This document shows positions 53,694 to 64,000 of a stretch of DNA of 64,000 bases, piece by piece. The stretch comes from Prasinococcaceae sp. CCMP 1430. Taxonomy: Eukaryota > Plantae > Prasinodermophyta. The notes beneath the pieces are model-generated. The model ran no database searches, was not told the DNA's origin, and saw only the letters and a program-made list of their open reading frames with translations. The stretch is taken from contig RQSC01000003.1 of NCBI GenBank assembly GCA_013416795.1, forward strand, positions 182,288 to 246,287, given 5' to 3'. Positions within the stretch are counted from its first letter, which is position 1, and every line of letters starts with the position of its first letter. Position numbers and translations under genes: made by a program.

Positions 53694-56501
53694 ATGCGCC
53701 GCCTCGCTCTGCCGCGCAGCTCACGAGGCGAAGTGCGCGAGGCCCTCGACTCGGACCACCCTGCGCTGCGCTCCAAGTTCCACACGCTCGCCGACCACGT
53801 CTTCGCTGGCCCGCTCACAGGCGTGCCGCCCGACCTCTATGTGCCCGCGCCAGATGCACCCCCTGGCTCGGACGTGGGCGCCAAGTCGGCAGCCAACATG
53901 GACGTGGAGGCCGGCAACCGCGCCATGTGGGACGCCCTGCTCGAGCTCGAGCTGCCCCCGGGCTATGTGGCCGCTGTGATCACTGCGAACAACGAGGAGC
54001 AGCTGCTGGGCGGAAAGGAGCGCATCACGCGCGTCTTCCGTGCGTGCATTGGGCGTCTCAACTGCGGCGAAAGCGAGCTGCGCGTACGGCACGCGCTGGA
54101 GTGGCTACAGGCGCTGCTGCTCGCGCTCGCGGCAAAGTTTGCGGACAGACAATTCGAGATGCTGCAGTGCGTCGCGGGCGAGCGCGACGATGCCGAGAGC
54201 CTTCTGCAGGCGCTCGCGGCCGGGCTAAGTGCTCAGCTCCGACGCGGGAGGGCAGAGGCGCTCACGCGGCGAGCAGCGCTGCAGTGCGCGCTCGCAGCGC
54301 TGTGCGCTGGCGGGGCGAACCTCAATGCGAGCGCTGCGGCCGCATACCTCGTCTCGCAAGGAGCACCGCTGCTCGACGCTCTCGCGGAGCCGCTCGACGC
54401 CGCCTGCCCCCCGCATGGCGGTGCTTCGAATGCCGGCGGAGCGAATGGCGGCAGTGACGCTCTGGGGCAGCACTCTGTCAAGGCGGCTGCCGTGCTAGCC
54501 GCGCGCCCAAACGAGGAGACGTACTACGTCGCGGGAAGCGACAGCACAAAGCGGAAAGAGTGGCGCTCGGGCGGCGTCGGGTGGGACTTGACGCAGCTCT
54601 TCGCTGGGTGTGCGCCGTCGCTCTACATGCCGCTCCCGCGGAGGGACGTGGGCTTGGGCAACACTACCGTGCTCTCAGCCGCAGAGGCGGCGCATAGGGC
54701 AGAGATGGATGCCGCGCCTGGCTCGGCGACGCACGGCGCGGCCATGGCCACAGCGCTTCTACTGTGCTGGCGGGAGGGCGGCAACCCCGTCCAGGAACGT
54801 GCGTCTTCCATTGACAGGGACGACCAGATAGAAGCGCTGGTGTCCGCAATCGATGCCATGCTGCGCCCGCCAGAGGAAGCTGCCGCTGCGGCCGCTGCAG
54901 CGGCGGCTGCTGCAACAGCTCCAGTGAGCGCGGCCGTGGGTGGTGCCGCCGCCGCGCTTGTTGGCGTGGCGGCGGCTTCGCCTGGGGCGCCGCCGCCCGC
55001 ACCGGTCGGCGCCGTCGCCAATTCTGCCATGGCTGACTACGTCAATGCGGGCCTCCAGAGCGCTAGTGAGTGGTTGGGCTACTCTGCAGGCGGCACTGAG
55101 GTCGCTGCTGCTGTCGCCGCTGAGAATGCGCTTGCAGCTGCGCACCCGCGAGCCGCGCGCTGCGCTGCGGGCCTCGTGTTGCTCCACGCCCTTTCATCCT
55201 CGAACGGGGCCCTCCGAGTGCGCACAAGCGAGCTGTGGGTGCCGGCGCAAGCGCAGGCGCGCGCGGGCATTGCACAAGCGTGGATGGATCTCCATGGGCG
55301 TCTGCTGGCGACACTGGCGTATGCGCTCATGGCTGCGGCGAAGAGCGCCACCGCTGCCGAGGCCCGTGCGGCTACGGCCATGCCTGGGAGCGCGAACAGA
55401 GGCAACCAGAATGGATCGGCGGCCAATGCGCTCGCTCGGCTGGCGGTGCTTTGCTACAGGCCGCTCGCGTCTGACGCCGCTCTGTGCCGGGCTCTGTGTA
55501 GCGTCAAGGTGGGTGACTTAACCGGCTTATCGGTGGCGCCGACGGCGCTCGGCTTGCCACTGGCGTCGGCACTGGTGGACACGCTGATGGCATTCGTACA
55601 CGAGGTAGCGACGGGGGGCGCGCGCGCAGGCCCCTCGGCGGAAATGATCGACCTCTCGAGCCAGGCAGTTTTTGTCGCTCACAGGATGGTGTCTGCGATG
55701 GCGACGCGTGGTGCGGGTGCCTTTGCCGAGGTGGCTGGGCGTTCAGTGCAGTGGGCAACGGTCGCCGAGGCAGCATGTGCGGCAGCGTGCGCATGTGCAG
55801 CGACGCAGTCGGCATTCGCACGGTCCAGAGCCCCAACACTCGCCGCGCAATGCGTGAACTTGCTCAACCTGCTCCTTCTGCGAGGGCCCGAGTACCTCTT
55901 CGGCTCGTCTGCGGACTACCACAACGTGCTCGCTACCATCGCCGCCCACGAAGGCCGCTGGCAGCGCCTGGAGGCCGCCGCCGCTGCTGCGGGTTGGCTG
56001 GCGCCAACGCCCGTGTACGTGCCGCCCTCGAAGGGCCGGGGGGAGGGGAGAGCCACGGCGGTGCGGACGCACGCGCCGCGCACGGCGGTACTGCGCCTCA
56101 CCAACGTGCTCAAGGTATCGAGCATTGTGTGCGAGGCCCAACGCGGGGCGGCAGGCGGCGCTGCGTCCGCTGGTGGGCTCGGCGGGTCAGCGGCGGCCGA
56201 GCATGCAGCAGCCACAACGAACACGGCGGCCATGCTCTTGGCTGTCAAGCGTGCACCTCTTGGTATGTTGGAGCTCTTCCCCTTCGATCGCCTGGACGCA
56301 GCGTACGCCCTGGAGGCTGCGGGCGAGGGTGAAGGTGCCGCCGAGGCGCGCGCATTGGCTGCGGCCGCACGCGTGATCCTTGCGGACGTGAGGCAGACGG
56401 ACGCGACCGTGGGCACCGACGCTCTGTACAGTCTCTCAGCTGGCCTAGACGCGACCGCCGGGCTGCCCCAGAGCATGCCCGCGGCCGTCGCTGTGGGTTA
56501 A
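53694..56501 (+). CDS. ARMH3: ARMH3/C10orf76-like armadillo-type protein
   Basis: MWDALLEL..NNEEQLLGGKERITRVFRACI..RVRHAL and C-terminal CVNLLNLLLLRG..YHNVL segments align from memory with ARMH3. Confidence 0.65.
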   Translation: MRRLALPRSSRGEVREALDSDHPALRSKFHTLADHVFAGPLTGVPPDLYVPAPDAPPGSDVGAKSAANMDVEAGNRAMWDALLELELPPGYVAAVITANNEEQLLGGKERITRVFRACIGRLNCGESELRVRHALEWLQALLLALAAKFADRQFEMLQCVAGERDDAESLLQALAAGLSAQLRRGRAEALTRRAALQCALAALCAGGANLNASAAAAYLVSQGAPLLDALAEPLDAACPPHGGASNAGGANGGSDALGQHSVKAAAVLAARPNEETYYVAGSDSTKRKEWRSGGVGWDLTQLFAGCAPSLYMPLPRRDVGLGNTTVLSAAEAAHRAEMDAAPGSATHGAAMATALLLCWREGGNPVQERASSIDRDDQIEALVSAIDAMLRPPEEAAAAAAAAAAAATAPVSAAVGGAAAALVGVAAASPGAPPPAPVGAVANSAMADYVNAGLQSASEWLGYSAGGTEVAAAVAAENALAAAHPRAARCAAGLVLLHALSSSNGALRVRTSELWVPAQAQARAGIAQAWMDLHGRLLATLAYALMAAAKSATAAEARAATAMPGSANRGNQNGSAANALARLAVLCYRPLASDAALCRALCSVKVGDLTGLSVAPTALGLPLASALVDTLMAFVHEVATGGARAGPSAEMIDLSSQAVFVAHRMVSAMATRGAGAFAEVAGRSVQWATVAEAACAAACACAATQSAFARSRAPTLAAQCVNLLNLLLLRGPEYLFGSSADYHNVLATIAAHEGRWQRLEAAAAAAGWLAPTPVYVPPSKGRGEGRATAVRTHAPRTAVLRLTNVLKVSSIVCEAQRGAAGGAASAGGLGGSAAAEHAAATTNTAAMLLAVKRAPLGMLELFPFDRLDAAYALEAAGEGEGAAEARALAAAARVILADVRQTDATVGTDALYSLSAGLDATAGLPQSMPAAVAVG

Positions 56502-56533
56502 CGCCGTGTGTTGCGCTCGCTCGCCACAGTGCT

Positions 56534-56538
56534 TGTAA
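56534..56538 (+). terminator. TGTAA polyadenylation signal
   Basis: 33 nt after the ARMH3-like stop. Confidence 0.55.
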
Positions 56539-56574
56539 TTGTTATTTACACCGAGCGCCGCACGTCATGGCGCG

Positions 56575-57791
56575 TCATTGCGCGTCAGCGAGCTGGCTTC
56601 TGAGCCGGTCGCGCCAACTCTGTGTGAAGCCGATGGTGTCCAAGTACGCCTCGTGACCGCCATAGCGATCGCGCAAATGTGCCACGGTGCTCACCATCGC
56701 CTCGGCAGGCGCACGCGAAAAGATGGACATGTCCTGGATGTGGCGCGAAGGGCAGTGGTGCGTCAGCACATGTCGGCGACGCTCACCCAAGTGTGCGCCA
56801 AGCGCGGCATGCATGCGCCTGTGCTCGCGCCGCGTACCAAGCCCGGGGCCTTCTTCTCTACGCCGCCGAGGCCGGCGACCGTCTCGTCGCTGTCAGAGCG
56901 AGCGTAGTCTTCGATGACCTCGCCCTCACTGGCACCCAAGACAAGAAGCATAAGCATAGCCATGAGACCTGTCCGATCCTTTCCTGCTTTGCAAAAGAAC
57001 ACCACACTCCTCCCCGCCTCGAGATTGCAGACGACCGTCTTGAGCGCCACAGCGAAGTCGGCACTGCCTGTCTCCAGCAGGAGCTCGTACAGCTGTGGCA
57101 GGCCGCCCTCATTAATGCGTGCTGATTGCGGCGCCAACGGTGTTGGTGTGTCAGCATGCGTTGACGATGCAAAGCCAAGAGAGTGCTCGCAAGACGCGGA
57201 ATGCACGCGCCTGGGGTCGCGCCGCGTACCAATGAACCAGTCGCGGAGCTCGTTGCGTCCGCCGAACACCTTGAGCCACAGCACGTACAGCTTCTCGCGC
57301 AGTGGCAGCGCGTTGAAGAGGCCACGCTCGTACCGCTCGCGCTCGAGAAGGCTAATATTGACGCGGTGGAGCGTGCCAGCTTCGGCTGGCGGCGCATGCG
57401 CATCTGCTGCGGCCGACACACTGTCCGCGTCCACCGGCTGAGGAGGGAGCATCTCCGGCAGCGCGCCTGCGTCATCCCCGTACTCCTCAGCCGAACGCAA
57501 GTCGAGCAATGTGACGGGCGCGTGGGGTGTAGCACCATCCGCGCCCTCCCCGACAAGGGCCTTGACCTGCGCCTCGAGCACCTCACGCGTCGGCAGCTCG
57601 CCCCACGTCGCCGTGCGCACCAGCCTCTGCGCGGCGAGCCGCGCGCCGGGCGCCGCGAGCGCGCAGTCGCGCGCGTTGCGGAACGACGACTGCCCCCGCG
57701 CGCCGGCCACCTCGACCACCCGCCCCGGGATCCCCGAGGAGCAGCGCGTGGCTTTCTTGCTCATAGCCCTGCGATCCCCCGACCTCGGCAT
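56575..57791 (-). CDS. Tyrosine phosphatase family protein (Y_phosphatase3 type), multi-exon
   Basis: SFRNARD, LLDLRS, VVFFCKAGKDRTG (CX5R; F in place of the usual H), IEDYARS, YGGHEAYL..IGF. Confidence 0.8.
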
Positions 57792-57795
57792 CGTN

Positions 57796-58969
57796 GCGTG
57801 CGGGCCGTGGCGGGCGCGGCGGGCGGGGCGGCGGGCTACCTGCTGCATCCGCTCGTTCTGTGCAACGTGTCGGACCACGCGACGCGCGTCGCCGTCGGCG
57901 CGTGCCCGCACGCAGGTGGGCGGGCTATTGGGTGAGTGCTTGGGGGTTAGTGCGAGGCGTGCGCCACGCGGCGTTCGCATCGCCGCGCCCGCGCGGCGCG
58001 CGCGCACGCTCGCTCGCTCGCTCACTCGTGCGAAGCGTGGGAGCGAGGGCGCACCGCCGCAGACCTTTGCGCCGCTGCCCACCACCATGTGCTGACCCCG
58101 CGCCCCTCACCGATGGCGCCACGTGGACCCGCAGACTCCTCCTGGGAACCCAGAAGGGTCGCACAGTGGAGATCTGCAACTCGTTCGAGCTCAAGTACAC
58201 GTGCGCACCGGGCGGCGCCGACGTGTCCATAGACTGGGCGTTCCTCGAGGAGCGTGCCCGGCAGTACAAGGCTACATTTTCGGCGTATGAGGTCGTCGGC
58301 TGGTACTCGACTGCCTCCGGGCCAGCCCCGCGGGGCGGTGACACAGAGCTGCACACGCTCCTAGCGAAACTCAATGAGAGCCCTGTGCTCATGCTGCTCG
58401 ACCCGGCGGTCGACCCCACGAAGCGCTCGCTCCCAGTGAAGCTCTACGAGGGTGAGATGCGCGTCGGGGGCACCGGCGGAGAGCCGACAGCGGCGCTCGC
58501 CGAGGTGAGCTACAGCATCCAAACCGTCGAGGCGGAGAGGATCGCGGTGGATCAGGCCACAAAGATCAGCCCGACGGGCGAGACAGCCGCCACGCAGCTC
58601 ACGCAGCATCTCGACGGGATGCACCGCGCGGTCAAGATGCTTCACGCGCGCGTCGGAGCGCTGCGGCAGCTCCTCGTGCGCATGGACGCCGGTGAGATAC
58701 CCATGGACCACGCTCTAGCGCGGCGCGTTGCAGCACTCGCTCGGCGCCTGCCGGCACTCGACACAGCGGGCTTCCGCACCGACTTCCTCAAGGAGTACAA
58801 CGACGGCATGCTCGCCATTTATCTCGCCACCATCACTCGCGGCGTTGCAGACACCGCCGAGCTCGTCGACAAGCTGAACCTCGTCTCCGGCGACAAGGCC
58901 GGGCCGCTCTCGTTTACGCCGGCGCATGTGCGCGCGGGCCACGGCGGGCGATTCGGCGGCGGCATGTGA
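57796..58969 (+). CDS. CSN6: COP9 signalosome subunit 6 (intron 57932-58134; start lost at the N at 57795)
   Basis: LLHPLVLCNVSDH, spliced IGLLLGTQKGRTVEICNSFEL, VVGWYST, EAERIAVD, FLKEYNDGML. Confidence 0.88.
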
Positions 58970-59008
58970 ACACAAGGAACTAGCTGCTCCGTACGGCGCG
59001 CATGGCAT

Positions 59009-59013
59009 TGTAA
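59009..59013 (+). terminator. TGTAA polyadenylation signal
   Basis: 40 nt after the CSN6 stop. Confidence 0.55.
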
Positions 59014-59077
59014 AGTACACTCGTCATATTATTGTTATACATGCGGCGGCGCCCGGGCAACGTGTGCATGGCGTCGG

Positions 59078-60481
59078 TCACCGCCCGTGCGCAAACACGT
59101 CCTCCTCGAGATCGGCGAAACCAAAGAGCTCGTAGCCGATGCTGGTCAAGTCCCTGTCCAGATCAAAGCCGCTCTCCACGAGCGAGGCGAGCACGGCGCG
59201 CGCGCGCGCCGCGCGCGCTGGCGGCGGCACACACTCGCGGCGCACGCAGCGAAGAAATTGCGCCAGCCGGGGCGAGCTGCTCGCGTTGGGGCCGGAACCG
59301 TGCACGCAGCGCTGGTCCCATACCAGCAGGTCGCCCTCGCGCACGGGCACGCGTCGCGCGAGCCCATACAGCGGGTCGCGCGCGTCGAACTTGAAGGAGC
59401 CACCCCCGCCCTTCCTCCGCACCGCCCAACCCGCCGCCGAGCTCACCTCGGCGTGCTCCTCAGGCGGCCCGAGCGCACGCGCCCACTCCTCGAAGGTGCG
59501 ATTGAATCCCGGGACCACCACCGTGCCACCGTCCTCCTCGAGGTTGTCCGCGAGCGACACGACGGCCTGCACCTTGGGGCCGCCGGCGTCGCGCGACACG
59601 CACGTCACCTCGGCGCGGAACTCGCTGGGCGTGCTGTAGTCCATGTCAGGCACAGCGGAGCCATCAATGAAGCTCCACGGATCGACATCAAGGTGCACGT
59701 TGGGCCGCGTCGCCCATTCGTCGGGAGCGCCCGCTGTGGGACGGTAGAAGCACCAGCGGTCCTGGCTGATGTACATGCGCTCGTGCGCTCGCGGGCGTGC
59801 CCGAGCCAATGCCCGCGCAGCGCACGCGGCCGGCTGCGCACCACCCGAACCGTGCTCCTCTGAGGTCTCCAGGGTGGCAACAGCGGCCTCGGCATTCTCG
59901 TCGTCGGCAATCTCGTCCTCTGAGAGCAGCAATGCAGCGAAGCACGCGCGCACGCCGGGCGCCTGCCTATTGCGCGCGATGGCCGGGGTGGACACGACCT
60001 GTTCCCGCGGCAGGCCATAGCGTTTGGAGCACAGCGCGCCATATGTTGAGGGCTCACCGCGCCTGAAGCCCTCGTGCGAGGCCTCAAGCTGCGCGTAGAT
60101 CTCATCGCGCGCCGCAGCGCATCCGTCAGGACCCACGGCGCCACGGAAGACGACGTAGCCGTGGCGCGCGAGGAACGTGCGCGCGGCCGCCCTCTCGGTC
60201 GGCGTCCGCGGCACGTCCAGCGCGAGCGCGAAGCGCGGGTCTTCCGGGCAGCGCGGCACCTTCGCCGGTGGCGGGTAAGTTGCGTGCAGCCGCGCGCACC
60301 GCGAGGCGACCGCAGGCTCGAGCGACCGCATGTACTCGGCGTGGCCAGCGGCCTCTGTCACCTCGCCGACGCGGTGCTCGTGTCCCGGTCGCCATACAGG
60401 CGCGGCGCGGCGCGCCTTGGCGGCTCGCTTGGCCTCCTTATCTCGCCTCCTCGCAGCCGCCTTCACCTGCCGGAGCGCCAT
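59078..60481 (-). CDS. Phytanoyl-CoA dioxygenase (PhyH)-family 2OG-Fe(II) oxygenase
   Basis: FLARHGYVVF, HxD motif in NVHLD, VQAVVSLAD..GGTVVVPGF, GDLLVWDQRCVHG..N..PR. Confidence 0.72.
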   Translation of the reverse strand: MALRQVKAAARRRDKEAKRAAKARRAAPVWRPGHEHRVGEVTEAAGHAEYMRSLEPAVASRCARLHATYPPPAKVPRCPEDPRFALALDVPRTPTERAAARTFLARHGYVVFRGAVGPDGCAAARDEIYAQLEASHEGFRRGEPSTYGALCSKRYGLPREQVVSTPAIARNRQAPGVRACFAALLLSEDEIADDENAEAAVATLETSEEHGSGGAQPAACAARALARARPRAHERMYISQDRWCFYRPTAGAPDEWATRPNVHLDVDPWSFIDGSAVPDMDYSTPSEFRAEVTCVSRDAGGPKVQAVVSLADNLEEDGGTVVVPGFNRTFEEWARALGPPEEHAEVSSAAGWAVRRKGGGGSFKFDARDPLYGLARRVPVREGDLLVWDQRCVHGSGPNASSSPRLAQFLRCVRRECVPPPARAARARAVLASLVESGFDLDRDLTSIGYELFGFADLEEDVFAHGR

Positions 60482-60760
60482 GCCTGCCGCCTCGCGTTCC
60501 TCGCGCGACGCCGACGCGTCCGCCGCGACGCGCCGCGCCTCGGCGAGCGCGTCCTCCCAACGCGGCGCGGCCGCGGCCGCGCGGCCGCGCCGCCACAGCG
60601 CGGCAGAGTGCCACGATGCACACGCCCGCGCCCACCACCTCTCGCCCCCGCGCCCTCACCCCTCGCTCCTCATGCATCCCACGCCTCCGCTGCTCGCGGG
60701 CGAACGAGCGCCACGTCGCGTGCGTTACGCTCGCGCAACACAACAAAAAATCGCGTTTGA

Positions 60761-60888
60761 TTTCCCGCCCTGCAATTTCGCGTCCGTGCGGTCCGCGCGT
60801 TTTCCCCCGCGGCGCACTCGCCCGCGACCATTTCGCCCGCGCGTCTCCGCGCTTTCCCCGCGATTTCCCCGCGCCGCGCTTTTCGCCC
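60761..60888. promoter_or_regulatory. Cluster of TTTC(C/G)C..CG motifs including an E2F-like TTTCCCGC
   Basis: About seven related motifs in 130 bp of the PhyH/PRA1 divergent intergenic region. Confidence 0.3.
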
Positions 60889-61243
60889 TTTCCTGCCTGC
60901 CCCGCGCCGCAGCGAGCGAGCGGGCCCGCCCCGCCGCGTCCGCGAGGCGCCGGCGGGCCCGGCCGGAGACGGCCAGGATCCGACCCGGAACCGCGCGCGC
61001 TCGCGCCGAGAGCCGAGCGCGCGCCGCGCGCCGCTTGACTCAGACGCGGATCCAAGCCCCTGCCGGACGCGCTCGCGCCGCCTCGCTCGCTCGCTCGCTC
61101 GCAAACCTCAGAAGTGATTCGGGGGCTGTTGCGTGCTTGCGTTCCTACTGAACGTACCGCGGGTCGCAGGGCAGGGCGGCGGGGCGTGCCACACCCCGCG
61201 CGCCGTGGGGGTAGGGGGTGGGGGGTAGGAGAGGCACCGCGCG

Positions 61244-62274
61244 ATGGCGGCGTTCGTCGATAACCCGCTCTCGCTCGCGCTCGGCGATGGCGACGCCAGG
61301 GCTGTGCTTGCGGACGGGGGCGGCAGCGGCGATGGCGGCGGTGACGGCGAGGGGGGCGAGGCGGGCAGCGGCGGCTGGGCGGCGCGAGCGCTTGCGCGTG
61401 TCGTGCCGAGCGCGGTTGCGAACGCCCTCGATGCTGTGCGCGAGGCGGTCGCCAGTGCGCCAGTGCTCACTGCCGCCGACGCGGTGCGTACGCCACGGCC
61501 GTGGCGAGAGTTCGCGCACGGCGACAGTGGCGATAGCCGAGCAGCACAGGAGAGGGAAAGGCGCACTCGCGCAGAGAGAGAGCGTGGCCGAGGGCGGGGC
61601 CGGCGGCGCGGCGTGCAGCATGGCGACGAGCATGCGTGGTGGGCGCTGGATTGGGGGAATGGCGCTTACGCAGTTCCCGTCGGTGGATTTGCGGCGCTCA
61701 CACAACGAGTGGAGTGCAACATGCTCTGGTACATGGGGAACTACGGTAAGCACGCGCACATTCACTCACGCGCGATCGCGCATGCGTGCATTGCGGAAAG
61801 CACATGCAGGCGTGACTTGCACTACTCTAGCGCTTGGCCGCGCACCGGGCGGTGCGCAACTGCATGCCCACTCGCCTCGCGTTCATTCGCTTGCTCGTGC
61901 GCCAGACTTTTCGCGTCTGACGAATGATCGTGCACGCACGCGCAGCCCGCCTGCTGCTCGCAGGCGCAGCATTCGTCGTGTGTGGCTCGCCGCTCGCAAT
62001 GGCCGGTGCGGCACTCTGCGGTGCGCTGTACCTGCTCATCGAGCGACGCACAGCAGCGGCGACCGACGGTGGCGAGGCCGATGGCGAGATGCTTGCGGTT
62101 GAAAGAAACGCAGCGATGGCGCTGGCATGGCTGACGTCAGTGCTGAGCGGCGCCTGGTTGCGCGCCGCGGCTGGAGTGCTGCTGGGCTTAGTCGCCTGTG
62201 CGCTCCACGCCACCACGCGCGTCGAATGCGCACAGGCGCGCAAGATGCTACGGCAGCGCCTGCGCTCAAATTGA
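61244..62274 (+). CDS. PRA1 (prenylated Rab acceptor) family protein (intron 61746-61945)
   Basis: RPWREF, RVECNMLWYMGNY, then hydrophobic hairpins and a C-terminal LHA motif. Confidence 0.72.
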
Positions 62275-62456
62275 GCGGCACACGCCTGCGAATCTAATAT
62301 GAGCACATAGTCATTCTCGTTCAATCAGGGCGGTGGCGACGGGAGCGAGCACGCACATGAGCGGGCGCGCGCGCGCCTGCACTCAGCCAGTGCGTGTACA
62401 TGTGTAATGTGTATGATACATTCGTGTGCGCGCACCTTTGATGCGCTGCGCGCAAG

Positions 62457-63740
62457 TCAGGCGCGCGGTGCCCTTCTGAACGCCCGCGCGTGCGCCTCGC
62501 ACGCCCGGGAGTGCCGTTGATACTGCAGCAAAGCCCACAAGAGGTGGCGGAAGGAGAAGTCCGGCCACAGCACGTCGAGGAAGACCAGCACCGCGAATCC
62601 GCCCTGGAGTGGAAACGTGCGCGCATGGACGCAGGCGCACGTGCGCGTGGTCAGGCTTGTGAGCTTCGAGCACGATGCGCGCGGTCGTGCGTTTAGCGCG
62701 AGCGCGGCGCGAGCGCCCGCTCGTACCTGCCACAGCATGAAGTCAGACAGCCGAGTCTCGCCGCTCGTGCGCAACAAAAGGTCGGGTGGCTCACTCGCAT
62801 CTGTCATCAGAGCGCGCTCAATGAGGTCTTCGACGTACTTGTCGGATGACGCGCACGACCGCACATCTGCGCACTTGCAATTGCGTGTGCGTGCGTGCTC
62901 GCATGCGCTCGACGGTGCGTGGACGCGCGAGTCCTGCCCGTGCACGGGCGGTCGACCTTCGGTCTCTGGGCGCGCCTTTTCAGCTCGCAGCTGGCGCGCA
63001 ACCGTGTGTACCGCCGCGGCTATCTCGTGCCGAGCCGTATAGCTCAGGCATATATTCAGGGTGGCACCCTCGTTGTGTGCAGTAGCTGCCATCGCCGCCT
63101 CGGCGGCCTCGCGAACACCCTTCGGTAGCAGCTCCAGGTCACCGATCACGCGCACGCGCACGCCGCGAGCGGCCGCGCGCCGTGAGTTGAGTGCGCTTGC
63201 GAGCTCGCGGAGCTTGTCTCGCGCAAGCGACATGAGAGTCTCCACCTCGTCTGCGGGGCGCTTGAAGTTTTCGATTGAGAAGGCGTACACCGTCACCGTG
63301 CTCACTCCGAGGTCATACAGCCAGTCGAGCACTGACACCATGGTGGTGTACCCAAGCGCGTGCCCCTCAGCTACGCGGCCGAGGCCGCGTGCGACGCTGA
63401 ATCGTCGGTTCCCGTCCATGATGATGGCAACATGGCGCGGCACGGCTCCGCGCTGAAGCACAGCAGACGCCAGCGAGCGCAGCGACGCGTGCACTGCGGA
63501 TGCTGCTGAGGCGCAGCACGCCGCGAGAGCGGCTATGGCGGGGCGCAACCCGGCCACGCCTGCATCGGCGGCGCTCTTCGCACGGCCCCGTGCGCGCGCA
63601 GAGCTACTGTCCTCTTCAGGGCCCCCTTCTCTTCTGCAGCCGCGCGCACCATCGTCCCCGCCATGCACCCACGGGCCTCGTTCGCCTCCGGCGCCCCCGC
63701 CCCCGCCTCCCGCTGCCGCCGTCCCATCGCCTGCTGCCAT
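62457..63740 (-). CDS. cis-prenyltransferase (dehydrodolichyl/undecaprenyl diphosphate synthase family; intron 62726-62604)
   Basis: PRHVAIIMDGNRRF, TVYAFSIENFKR, VRVIGDL, LNICLSYTAR, PDLLLRTSGETRLSDFMLWQ, LWPDF. Confidence 0.92.
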   Translation of the reverse strand: MAAGDGTAAAGGGGGGAGGERGPWVHGGDDGARGCRREGGPEEDSSSARARGRAKSAADAGVAGLRPAIAALAACCASAASAVHASLRSLASAVLQRGAVPRHVAIIMDGNRRFSVARGLGRVAEGHALGYTTMVSVLDWLYDLGVSTVTVYAFSIENFKRPADEVETLMSLARDKLRELASALNSRRAAARGVRVRVIGDLELLPKGVREAAEAAMAATAHNEGATLNICLSYTARHEIAAAVHTVARQLRAEKARPETEGRPPVHGQDSRVHAPSSACEHARTRNCKCADVRSCASSDKYVEDLIERALMTDASEPPDLLLRTSGETRLSDFMLWQVRAGARAALALNARPRASCSKLTSLTTRTCACVHARTFPLQGGFAVLVFLDVLWPDFSFRHLLWALLQYQRHSRACEAHARAFRRAPRA

Positions 63741-64000
63741 CCGATCGCCCGCGGGCGCGCAGCCGTCGGCGCCAGCGTCACGCACATGGCGCCCCCCCCC
63801 TCCGCACGCCGCGGGCGGGCCGGCGTGTGGCGTGCAGCAGCGCCGCTGCCGCTGCCCGCGCGCGACTGGATCGCGCGCGCGCAGGACAAAACGCATGCGA
63901 TAAAATATACCCACGGGAGAGCTTTAATCAAAGTCAAAATGCATGTCACGACGGAGGCATGCCGGCGGGCGGGTGTCGGACGGCGCAGAGCGCGCCACAG

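Noticed and set aside
9868-62726. Shared GTGCG donors and CTGAC branch points as possible introner elements
   Set aside because: The introns share no similarity beyond the 5-6 nt splice consensus

Overview
Eukaryotic nuclear DNA, very GC-rich (about 70% by eye) and gene-dense, with about 28 transcription units. Introns are short GT-AG (mostly GTGCG donors, CTGAC branch points). Two N-gaps and three single-N joins mark assembly breaks. The organism is inferred to be an early-diverging (prasinophyte-grade) green alga, from TGTAA motifs just downstream of several stop codons, telomere-like TTTAGGG/AAACCCTA motifs and plant-type genes (GDPD4-like, PES1-like, OXS3-like, plant-like mL53); this assignment is not proven. 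The dominant feature is a ~13 kb dynein heavy chain whose AAA1-AAA4 motifs match cytoplasmic dynein-1, a class generally regarded as lost in green plants. It appears to lack the N-terminal dimerisation domain and the C-terminal cap, and carries a ~50-aa insertion in the microtubule-binding domain. Other notable items are a 102-bp-arm fold-back covering the start of a small ORF (20465-20673), a ~260-bp bacterial nirB fragment replacing part of a RING finger exon (47701-47958), and a coding-like frame with an internal UGA upstream of an OXS3-like gene. Gene orientation alternates almost throughout. Homology calls come from motif recognition by memory; no database search was run.
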